The notes below the pieces were generated by a model. The model was not told where the DNA came from. It saw only the letters and a program-made list of their open reading frames with translations, and made no database searches. 64,000 bases of DNA, taken from a virus. Both the position numbers and the translations under genes were made by a program. Position 1 is the stretch's first letter, and every line of letters begins with the position of its first letter. The stretch is taken from IMG/VR virus record IMGVR_UViG_3300005805_000047, positions 1 to 64,000 of that record. One strand, given 5' to 3'. Below are positions 1 through 8,038 of the stretch, one piece after another.

Positions 1-1
1 C

Positions 2-178
2 CCCGCACAAGGTCAGCCAGTTCAGCCACCGGTTGAGCCAGTTCAGCCACCGGTTGAGCCAGTTCAGCCACCGGTTGAGCCAGTTCAGCCACCGGTTGAC
101 CCGGTATTAGACTGTGCTGCATGCGGCGGTGGACCAGGACTGTGCTTCACGGTCAAGGGAGAAACAGGATGTATTTAA
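2..178 (+). CDS. 3' end of a Pro-rich protein, (PVQPPVE)x4 then a Cys-rich C-terminus; 5'-truncated by the window
   Basis: Hand translation of frame 2: PAQGQPVQPPVEPVQPPVEPVQPPVEPVQPPVDPVLDCAACGGGPGLCFTVKGETGCI*, TAA at 176-178. Not in the ORF track because the start is outside the window. Confidence 0.75.
   Translation, partial: PAQGQPVQPPVEPVQPPVEPVQPPVEPVQPPVDPVLDCAACGGGPGLCFTVKGETGCI
14..100 (+). repeat. 21-bp coding tandem repeat (CCAGTTCAGCCACCGGTTGAG) x~4
   Basis: Near-perfect head-to-tail copies, no spacers, unit length a multiple of 3. Confidence 0.95.
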
Positions 179-193
179 TAATACGAAAGAACA

Positions 194-676
194 ATGGCCA
201 TGGCAACTGAAAACAACGCATGGGAAAACGTGTCCCCAAGTATCGAACAAACCCAAGAAAACTTTTTTAGCGAATGGGCTGGTATCGAAAGAAAATTTGG
301 CGAAATCGGTGAGCCCGGATACTCAGAACAAACGATTACGGTTAGGAACTTTGCTGGAATTTTTGGGCACAGCAATCCAGTAGACGTGAGATTCACCTTG
401 TATAGAGGCGAAGATGGCTTACTTCTCTGCATTCATGGTTGCTACTTGGAGAACGGAATTCAAAAACCGTTTATATATAATGTCCACCCAGATCACCAAA
501 GACAAGGAATCGGAACCACAGTTGCCCAATACATCATTGCTCGATATGAGCAAGAGTTTGGCAAACCATTTTCCTATGTGGACAGCTGGCAGAATGTAAC
601 CTACACTTTGCCCAGCGCAAATTTCGCCAACAAATACGCCACAAACGCATTATCACAAACCACAGAAAACGAGTAA
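194..676 (+). CDS. GNAT-family N-acetyltransferase
   Basis: Acetyl-CoA-binding motif A: VHPDHQRQGIGT. Confidence 0.75.
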   Translation: MAMATENNAWENVSPSIEQTQENFFSEWAGIERKFGEIGEPGYSEQTITVRNFAGIFGHSNPVDVRFTLYRGEDGLLLCIHGCYLENGIQKPFIYNVHPDHQRQGIGTTVAQYIIARYEQEFGKPFSYVDSWQNVTYTLPSANFANKYATNALSQTTENE

Positions 677-679
677 ATC

Positions 680-973
680 ATGTCAGATGCACAGCAACCA
701 ATAAACCCACTTACACATCCGCAACAATTTGAATTTTTTGCTTTTGTGGTTGAAGGCGAAGTGGCTTCAATTATTCCGGTGAAAACAGATGCCGAGCTTC
801 TTGTGGCCGCGTGGTCATCTGACCCGAAAGTCATCAAACTGACGTCTGAACAAAAAAATGTTGTCCAAAACGGAGACCTGTTGGGCGCAGATGGGTCTTT
901 TACGAACCCAAACAATACAGGTAGTGGCTATTACACGGGAACTGGAACGATGGAGCCAACAGAACAATCATGA
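680..973 (+). CDS. hypothetical protein
   Basis: 97-aa ORF tightly packed between neighbours, ATGA overlap with the next gene. Confidence 0.7.
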   Translation: MSDAQQPINPLTHPQQFEFFAFVVEGEVASIIPVKTDAELLVAAWSSDPKVIKLTSEQKNVVQNGDLLGADGSFTNPNNTGSGYYTGTGTMEPTEQS

Positions 974-1197
974 GTGCATGGCAGGATTACAAAAAGAAGC
1001 TTGGCACAACTCGACCATGGGATGTTTTGAATCAAAATATCCCAAGAGTTGACGACGCTAAATACGCAGACAGAATCGCCGAATGTGCCGGGTGCGACAG
1101 GCTCCTTAAACCAACGTTTCAATGCAAAGAGTGCGGTTGTTTCATGAAGCTCAAAGCTCGACTAGAGGAAGCCACTTGCCCCATCGGTAAATGGTAA
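970..1197 (+). CDS. small Cys-rich (CxxC...CxxCxC...C) metal-binding protein, DUF6171-like
   Basis: CAGC...QCKECGCFMKLKARLEEATCPIGKW. Confidence 0.7.
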   Translation: MSAWQDYKKKLGTTRPWDVLNQNIPRVDDAKYADRIAECAGCDRLLKPTFQCKECGCFMKLKARLEEATCPIGKW

Positions 1198-1209
1198 AAA
1201 GGTTATGTC

Positions 1210-2610
1210 ATGGCCAATCAGCGCAACGCGCGAATACTGTTTGATATACCCAAGATTGAATTAGAGCCACACCTAGTAACAAATATTTTGTCGGAAAGAA
1301 ATTTCCAAACGCTCAAGACGGAAGTATTAAAGGTGTTAGCAACAGCCCCATACGATCCGTTGGTCGCAAGATGGAATGCTGGAATGCTTGTTCCAGACGA
1401 AGTCCAAAAAGAATTGCTCCAGAAAGTCAGGGCAATTTGCAAGAACGATGACATCCAATATGCATACAACCACCTAGTGAAGTACCAAATAAAAGATGGA
1501 TGCATACCAAGTCTGTGGGAGCATGTTGACCAAAATGGTTCACATGTTTCGGTGAACATAACGATAGAAACAACCATTGACTGGAAGCTAATTGTTGAGC
1601 GACAGACATTTGATCTGAGCGAGAACTCAGCCGTCATATTCAAAGGACAGGAACACGACCATGCGCGACCGCCGTACCCCAGCTCAAACCCTGACGACTA
1701 CGTGATTCAATGGTTCGCTGAATATGCAACATCAGACCACTGGATTATCACTCAAAATGAACTCCCCGTCAAAGACGGTATCGGTCGCTTTGGAAGAGAC
1801 GGCGATGTCAGATTTTTCAATAGGCACAGGTATTTCCCGATACCAGATCCACCGTCTTTGGCTACAACATGCAATCACGAACATGTTCGCAATCAATACG
1901 CAAACGTACTTGGCTTTTATGAATGGCTCAACGACACAAGTGAGCAAACAAACGAGATAGAAAAAACAAACTACGAACTGGTTGAAAAAGAGCAACTGTT
2001 CCCTGGGTTGAAGGTTTACGAAATTGGCAATGCGGCCGCAGATGTTCTGTGGGGGCTGACAGTAAATTCTTGCTACAAGCAATGGTCAAGAGCGGCATAT
2101 GGTGCACAAGACAAAATGGTTTCGGAAAGCATGAGATATGAAACGTTTTTCCTTTACGAAAAACACAAAACATGCCATCCAGTCGACCCAATAACCAGGC
2201 TCGCCAGCGATGTATTTAGTATTTTTGACGAGGCAGTTTCAATGTATTCAAGTGGATACCCTGCCCTAAGGAAACTGACACCAGAGGAAATAAATTCATC
2301 TACCCCACATAGGGCGACAATTATGAGATCTGCTGTTGGAAACGAATTCACAATCCATGCCGATGAGCAACCAGACAAACCAAGAATCGTTACGGCCATC
2401 ATGTATCTGAATGACAGTTATACCGATCGCAACAACAGCTACACGGGCGGGGAACTTGTATTTGACCAAATTGGCATAGAAATACAGCCAAAGGCTGGAC
2501 AAATAGTGATATTTCCATCAAATTATTTGTTTTCACACATAGTAAAACCTGTTGCTTCTGGGGTCAGATATGCAGTATCTAGGTTTTACTGCTACTCAGG
2601 GAATAGCTAA
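1210..2610 (+). CDS. tandem two-domain 2OG-Fe(II) dioxygenase; C-terminal domain prolyl-4-hydroxylase-like
   Basis: N-domain HVD...DHARP. C-domain HAD...RIVTAIMYLND..YTGGELVF..PKAGQIVIFPS..FSHIVKPVASGVRY (HxD...H...R). Confidence 0.85.
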   Translation: MANQRNARILFDIPKIELEPHLVTNILSERNFQTLKTEVLKVLATAPYDPLVARWNAGMLVPDEVQKELLQKVRAICKNDDIQYAYNHLVKYQIKDGCIPSLWEHVDQNGSHVSVNITIETTIDWKLIVERQTFDLSENSAVIFKGQEHDHARPPYPSSNPDDYVIQWFAEYATSDHWIITQNELPVKDGIGRFGRDGDVRFFNRHRYFPIPDPPSLATTCNHEHVRNQYANVLGFYEWLNDTSEQTNEIEKTNYELVEKEQLFPGLKVYEIGNAAADVLWGLTVNSCYKQWSRAAYGAQDKMVSESMRYETFFLYEKHKTCHPVDPITRLASDVFSIFDEAVSMYSSGYPALRKLTPEEINSSTPHRATIMRSAVGNEFTIHADEQPDKPRIVTAIMYLNDSYTDRNNSYTGGELVFDQIGIEIQPKAGQIVIFPSNYLFSHIVKPVASGVRYAVSRFYCYSGNS

Positions 2611-3308
2611 ATAAAGAGTTCGTGATAATACTCAGGATTGCCCAAAGCCCCAGTCATGAACGTATTGAAAGAAAGACTAACTCGACCGTCGGTATTTGAT
2701 TTGTAGACAGTGTGCCACAGCGATGAAGGGAAAATCAAAAGCGTTCCCTCTGTTGCTTCTGCCCTCTCTGAATCTGAATTGAAAACCGTCTGCTCCAAAT
2801 TTTTGTATCTAAACGAAACATCCCCGGTTGTGACTTTCACAAAGTTGATCCCGTCACCATCGCTTGTTTTTACGTACAAAACACCGCTCAAAAGACTGTT
2901 TGGGTGATGATGCATGTGGTGGAAACCACCCATATCTGTATGGGTTAGCCATGCTTGTGTGATGTGTACAGAAACGTCTTCCGTCGCACCATACGCATAA
3001 CGCATAACCGATCTGACTGCTTCTGCGCAAAAATTGGCAATATCGGCAAGTTCTTCGCGTCTAAAGATATAGGTATCAGTTGTAACTGAATTGCCCCCAT
3101 TCCTTCGCGCCGTAGTGCTCAGTAGGTGGTCAAACGCTAACTGCTCCACCTCTGTGAAGTCACGTCCAAGCCTAAAAATTGATAATGGTATAGGGAATAT
3201 ATGTCTGATTTCGTCGGGTTGTAATAGACCACTGTCGTTCGGTGCGACATAATTAAATTTTCCCGGTATCGGCTGTGTACCAGATTTGTGTTCTTCCCAA
3301 GTAGGCAC
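2607..3308 (-). CDS. 2OG-Fe(II) oxygenase, TIGR02466-like
   Basis: HHMHHHPNSLLSGVLYV...EGTLLIFPSSLWHTV...RVSLSFN. Confidence 0.85.
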   Translation of the reverse strand: MPTWEEHKSGTQPIPGKFNYVAPNDSGLLQPDEIRHIFPIPLSIFRLGRDFTEVEQLAFDHLLSTTARRNGGNSVTTDTYIFRREELADIANFCAEAVRSVMRYAYGATEDVSVHITQAWLTHTDMGGFHHMHHHPNSLLSGVLYVKTSDGDGINFVKVTTGDVSFRYKNLEQTVFNSDSERAEATEGTLLIFPSSLWHTVYKSNTDGRVSLSFNTFMTGALGNPEYYHELFI

Positions 3309-3309
3309 A

Positions 3310-3495
3310 CTAAGCCTTGTCGGCCTCGGTGGCTGATCGAAGTGCGGCCATTTCGCGTTCTAGGACGGTTAGTTGTTGGCGCAACTTTTGAGTCATGGCT
3401 TTCAGGATGGCATTCTCTCTGGAGAGTGCGCCAATTTGGTTTGTCAGTTCGGCCAAAACAATATCTGCCGAAACATTTGAAAGAATGTCACTCAC
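3310..3495 (-). CDS. small coiled-coil hypothetical protein
   Basis: Heptad-rich 61-aa ORF abutting both neighbours. Confidence 0.6.
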   Translation of the reverse strand: MSDILSNVSADIVLAELTNQIGALSRENAILKAMTQKLRQQLTVLEREMAALRSATEADKA

Positions 3496-3802
3496 TTTTG
3501 CTATCCTCCAGTGTTGAAGTGTTTAATCCGGTGGTGCCACCGAGGTCATCAGAAGTGTAGTGGATATCTGGATTACCACCGAGAGCTATCACCATTTCTC
3601 GAAGTCTGTCAACTTCTTTCATTGCCTCGGCAAGAGCCATAAAAATGCTCATTTCCCCTTCGGTAAAATTAGGAATTCCGTTTTGTGTATCGCTCATACC
3701 TTGACCTTTCGTAAGTTGCCTAAGTTGTGCTTCCGACACTTGAGTGAAACCAGCACTTTGGGGTTTGCGCCGCTTGTAATTATATTTGGATTTATTGCCC
3801 AC
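3488..3802 (-). CDS. hypothetical protein
   Basis: 104-aa ORF, GTG start 7 nt downstream of a TAGGAT hexamer. Confidence 0.6.
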   Translation of the reverse strand: MGNKSKYNYKRRKPQSAGFTQVSEAQLRQLTKGQGMSDTQNGIPNFTEGEMSIFMALAEAMKEVDRLREMVIALGGNPDIHYTSDDLGGTTGLNTSTLEDSKSE

Positions 3803-3841
3803 TCATGGAATCCTACACCAGTGTTCTGCTAGGTTTATGAC
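3803..3841. promoter_or_regulatory. back-to-back divergent -10 elements giving probable leaderless transcripts
   Basis: Plus: TGC-TAGGTT (3830-3835), 6 nt, then ATG 3842. Minus: TAGGAT (3815-3810), 7 nt, then GTG 3802. No Shine-Dalgarno on either side. Confidence 0.5.
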
Positions 3842-4867
3842 ATGGCTATGGACGAGAGGATATTCATACTGGTACCCTCCTTCAACGAGGATCACCTCAG
3901 GATCACCGTAGAGGGCGCTCTCAGGGCTGCTGATAAGCCAGAAAACTTATTCTTTGGCATATGCCAGCAGTCTACAACTGGCGAATTTGAGGATTTCAGG
4001 TCTAATCCAAATATCCGAGTCATGAACGTTTTCTGCCATGAACCGAGAGGTGCAGACCTAGCCAGAGTAGTCGCGGGGGCTCTCCACAATGATGAGCCGT
4101 ACATGCTCAAACTTGACGCCCATCACCTATTTGCAGAAGGCTGGGATACAACCCTTATATCAAAACACAAAGAACTAGAAAAGGAATTCGAAAAGCCTCT
4201 CATCACCCAGTATCTGCCCAGATACATCATTCGAGATGGCGAAGTTGAAAAGCTCGATCAATCAGAGGGTTTTGTTACCACCTCTCCGTCGATGCAAATG
4301 TTTGACGATTTTCGTGCTGTAATGACCTGGATGCCGGTTTATTCGTATGGTGCACCAGCAAAGAGTCCATGGTCGGAACACCACTGTATTTCTAATCATT
4401 TCGTATTCTCTCGGTCGTCATTTTTCTGGGAATTGCTTCCAGATCCGGCCCTTATGTTTGAAGGTGATGAACCATGTTTGGCCTTACGCGCATGGACGCG
4501 TGGGTACAGGATGTTTGCAATACCGGAACAAGTATTGTGGCATAGATGCAAGTTTCCCGAACTTCCAGAACATGAGGGAGACGGCGGTATCGGACAAATG
4601 AACGGATTACTCGACGAAGGTGATTGGCGTCATGTTGATGAATACAACAACAGATTGCGCCGAATTAGTGGCAAGTTTAGAACCGAACAAATTCTTACCG
4701 GTCAAATACTTGGCTATTGGGGTTCACCGACCAAGGAGCTACTTGACGATTACTACAAGGCTGCGGGCTTTGATGTTTTGGATCTGTACAAAAAGATGAA
4801 CGAGTGGCACCTGAGTAGCTATGGCTTCAAGTTTTCGGATACAACCGGAATAGTTCCCAGGCCTTAG
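3842..4867 (+). CDS. GT60/Gnt1-like (GlcNAc-transferase family) glycosyltransferase
   Basis: IFILVPSFNE..A.KPENLFFGICQQ..EPRGADLAR..EPYMLKLDAHHLFAEGWD (DxH) and DPALMFEGDEPCLALRAWTRGY..VLWH follow the motif order of Skp1-hydroxyproline GlcNAc-transferase-type enzymes. Confidence 0.8.
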   Translation: MAMDERIFILVPSFNEDHLRITVEGALRAADKPENLFFGICQQSTTGEFEDFRSNPNIRVMNVFCHEPRGADLARVVAGALHNDEPYMLKLDAHHLFAEGWDTTLISKHKELEKEFEKPLITQYLPRYIIRDGEVEKLDQSEGFVTTSPSMQMFDDFRAVMTWMPVYSYGAPAKSPWSEHHCISNHFVFSRSSFFWELLPDPALMFEGDEPCLALRAWTRGYRMFAIPEQVLWHRCKFPELPEHEGDGGIGQMNGLLDEGDWRHVDEYNNRLRRISGKFRTEQILTGQILGYWGSPTKELLDDYYKAAGFDVLDLYKKMNEWHLSSYGFKFSDTTGIVPRP

Positions 4868-5238
4868 CTGGAGATACCACCAGAGGTCAATACTGCAAAC
4901 CTGATTTCAACATTGTTCAGATTGGACAATTCAATTGAGTGTGTTTCGTACTCATATGAACCAACCACTTTTATTGAGTTGGATTTGTTATCAAAGAAAA
5001 CATAAACGATCATGGCCGACGATTCGTTGGCTGAGTAAAAACGAACACCCTCAAATTTCTTTCCGACTTCATCAAACATTGTTGCCGATGGTTCAAGCAA
5101 GGCTTTTGAGGAGAAGCTGTCTAGGTATTCATTCCAGTCAGCATCGGCTGAGTCGGCGCCAAGTTTGGCATCAAGATCCGCTAATTCGTCTGCTGCTGCT
5201 TGTGCAAGTTCTTCTGCTGATGTTGCTTCTTCAAACAT
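4864..5238 (-). CDS. hypothetical protein at the end of the tail-fibre operon
   Basis: 124-aa ORF directly after the fibre gene. Confidence 0.5.
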   Translation of the reverse strand: MFEEATSAEELAQAAADELADLDAKLGADSADADWNEYLDSFSSKALLEPSATMFDEVGKKFEGVRFYSANESSAMIVYVFFDNKSNSIKVVGSYEYETHSIELSNLNNVEIRFAVLTSGGISS

Positions 5239-5250
5239 GTACTGAGCCTA

Positions 5251-8004
5251 TCAGGCAAATACTGTTACAGAGTTGGCCAAGCGTGGGTATCCAGCACGGT
5301 ACTGGTTGAAGGTTGACTGACCCGTGTAGCCGTTTTCTGCCCAGCCGCCGTCTGACCCGTTTGCGCCAGTATTGAAGTTGTATCCCCAGCTAAACATTTC
5401 GCCGTTGTCGTATAGAACGTGGAACCCAACTGCCCAAGAGGAGTGTTGAACGATATTGAATTCAACGATTCCTTGTCCAAATCGTGGCAACAGGTTCGTG
5501 AACTCAAAACCAATCACCAAGGCGTCTGTGTTGTTGTCTGATGAACGAGCATTTCCTGAGAAAGGAATCATCGGGTATTGACCGCGATAAGTCGTTGAGT
5601 TGGCCGAAAATCCAACGAGAGCCCATCTATCTGTTGTGCCAGTGAACTGTTGCAGGCCGGCATTCCATGTTCGGCTTCTCACAATGACGCCCGTGTATCC
5701 GTTTGAGTTTGCTCCGTCGCCGCCACCATATGGATAGAAGTCGTAGATGTTGCCTTGTATTCCCGCTGGAAGCTGGGTCATCAAAACAGGAGCTGTTCTC
5801 TGGTTTGTTGTTGCATCACCGACCTGACCGAACTGGTTGTTGCCCCATGCATACAAACTTCTGTCATCTGTAAGACCGTAGACAGTTGATCTCTGATGTC
5901 CAGCAGCCTTCATGCGGATCCAGGTCCTGCCAGCAGGACGAGTTGCCTGAGCCCAAGTCAGAACGGACGCAGTTGCTGATACGTTACTGTTTCCATCTTG
6001 GCCGTCTGTTGTGAGACCAGCAGTATAAATGTGATTGTTCGTTCCACCAAACAAAATGTTCGTTGTGCAGCGGTAGACGGTTCCAGTATCGGTTGAACCG
6101 TTGTGCTGGAGCGAAATATCAACTGGAATTCTTGAGTTTGATGCCAGTGTTGCTTCGAGCGAAAGGATACGGGTCGGAACGTTTCTCTGAGTCTGGTCAC
6201 CAAGACCAAGTGTTCCGCGGCCATTGTAGCCCCAGCCATAAAGCTCGTTTTGGTCGTTTGCTGCGTAGCAGGTGCCGTCCTGAATTGAAGGCGACATTGC
6301 CCACCATGTTACCTTGGCACGAACTGGACTGAACGAGGTGGTGTCATTCAAGTTTGTTCCGCCGCCAGTGACGATTCTCTGGAGGTTTGTGTCGCCAACC
6401 AAAATTGGCATAGTGAAGTTGTTCGTTGTGTTGCTGCCGAGCGTTCCGTAGTCGCCGCGACCCCACATCCACAATTCGCCTTCTCGCGTCAATACGCCCC
6501 AAGCTTGGCCTGTGCCGGTGTCAAAGTTGTTGCGATCCGTCCAGTGCTGAAGGTCAACGCAGGTTCGTCCCTGCTCGTAATCAAAGAACGGGTGTGCCTT
6601 GAAGAAGTGGTAGAAGTTGTCAGTGAAGAACATGTTCGTGTTCGTTCCGCTTTGGAACAAACGACCATGACTCGTTACGAGAGAGAAGCTTTCTCCAGTT
6701 CTTGTTCCGTACAAAATAACTTCATCTGGGCGAAGTGGGTCAAGCCACTGTGCGTACTGCATGTCGCGCAAGCGGTAGTTTGCTTCGTCAAAGCTGTATG
6801 TAGAAGTAAGAACCCAGTCACCCCAGTGGTTGATCGGCAAGTTTCCGGCGCTGTGATAACCACCAACACGCACCGACTTTCTGTCGGCCTGGATGTAAAA
6901 CCCTGTGTTGTCCAAGTCAGATGTTCCGCCACGCGAATACTGGTTGACCGGCATGAAGCAGTAGTCCTGATCAAGCCATCTTGGCTTCTGGCACGGAGTA
7001 CCATCTGGGTAGTTGAAATCCTGAATTCGCGAAAGACCAAAAGCCTGGTAGCGCGAGTTAGTTACATTCGTAAAACGGACGTCAGCGCGTGGACTGACGG
7101 TAATTGTTCCAGTCATTGCTGTTGGGTGGTTACCGCACACGTAGTAGAAAACACCTGCCGTTTGCGGAACCCACTCGATTGTCCCCACATCATCGCCGTT
7201 GTTGACGACACCAGCTGGGGCAACGTGTGAACCCAAAGTCCATGTTTCGCCTGGGATTGTCGAGATATAGAAAGGATGGCCAGCAGCGTTGATTGAGATG
7301 ACGATTCTGTCGCCAACACGAACGCTCAAAGATGGATCACTTTGCGTACCGGTTAGATCAGTTCCAACGAACGTGTAGTTGCTGCTTCCGTCGTTTGCAA
7401 CTGTATACGCAACCGTTCCGCCAGTACGAGTAAATCGCGAAACCTGAGCTGCGTTGTTGGTGTTGCCTTCTCTTGCAGAAGATGTCTCAAATGTTACGAG
7501 ATCCTCTCCAACCCCTTCGTCATCTGCTACCGCAAAGCTCTGCGAAATTCCCGTTGTGTAACCAGTGTTTGGGTTTGTTACACCGTCAGCGATTCTTGTT
7601 TGCTGAAGCTGTGTAGCAGTACCACCAGTAAAGGTCTTGTTTGCGCCCTGTGATGAGGTCGTCAGATACTTTACGGTAACGCGGTTACCAGAAAGTGTTT
7701 TGTTTACTGCACCAGAACTCAACTTCAACGAAGTTGCATCGCGGTAAAGAACACCCTGAGATGTTTCTCCAAGCGCATTGTTGGCCACAAGAAGTGCAGT
7801 GTCGGCGTCGAGGGTCATCAAGGCCCACGGCGAACCTGCCGGAGTTACTGACGTATCGCTTTGTGGAGCATAACCAGTAGTAGTCGCTGTCGCTGAGTAC
7901 AGCGCTTTGCGATAGGAGACAACATCACCTGAAACATAGGTCGTTGAGGACGACCATTCACCCTTATAGTTTGGTCTCAGTTTTGCGATATCAAGGATGG
8001 CCAT
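5251..8004 (-). CDS. tail fibre/receptor-binding protein with a cupredoxin-like domain and RCC1-like beta-propeller repeats
   Basis: N-terminal GEWSSSTTYVSGDVVSY unit; GHPFYI...YYVCGNHPTAMTGTITV; RCC1 repeats LWMWGRGDYGTLG, LYGWGYNGRGTLG, LYAWGNNQFGQVG. Confidence 0.8.
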   Translation of the reverse strand: MAILDIAKLRPNYKGEWSSSTTYVSGDVVSYRKALYSATATTTGYAPQSDTSVTPAGSPWALMTLDADTALLVANNALGETSQGVLYRDATSLKLSSGAVNKTLSGNRVTVKYLTTSSQGANKTFTGGTATQLQQTRIADGVTNPNTGYTTGISQSFAVADDEGVGEDLVTFETSSAREGNTNNAAQVSRFTRTGGTVAYTVANDGSSNYTFVGTDLTGTQSDPSLSVRVGDRIVISINAAGHPFYISTIPGETWTLGSHVAPAGVVNNGDDVGTIEWVPQTAGVFYYVCGNHPTAMTGTITVSPRADVRFTNVTNSRYQAFGLSRIQDFNYPDGTPCQKPRWLDQDYCFMPVNQYSRGGTSDLDNTGFYIQADRKSVRVGGYHSAGNLPINHWGDWVLTSTYSFDEANYRLRDMQYAQWLDPLRPDEVILYGTRTGESFSLVTSHGRLFQSGTNTNMFFTDNFYHFFKAHPFFDYEQGRTCVDLQHWTDRNNFDTGTGQAWGVLTREGELWMWGRGDYGTLGSNTTNNFTMPILVGDTNLQRIVTGGGTNLNDTTSFSPVRAKVTWWAMSPSIQDGTCYAANDQNELYGWGYNGRGTLGLGDQTQRNVPTRILSLEATLASNSRIPVDISLQHNGSTDTGTVYRCTTNILFGGTNNHIYTAGLTTDGQDGNSNVSATASVLTWAQATRPAGRTWIRMKAAGHQRSTVYGLTDDRSLYAWGNNQFGQVGDATTNQRTAPVLMTQLPAGIQGNIYDFYPYGGGDGANSNGYTGVIVRSRTWNAGLQQFTGTTDRWALVGFSANSTTYRGQYPMIPFSGNARSSDNNTDALVIGFEFTNLLPRFGQGIVEFNIVQHSSWAVGFHVLYDNGEMFSWGYNFNTGANGSDGGWAENGYTGQSTFNQYRAGYPRLANSVTVFA

Positions 8005-8038
8005 TGCATCTCCTACTTGAATTTATAGTTCTTGTTTA

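Noticed and set aside
14-100. 21-bp repeat as a CRISPR array or origin iterons
   Set aside because: No spacers; the unit is in frame and encodes PVQPPVE within a CDS.
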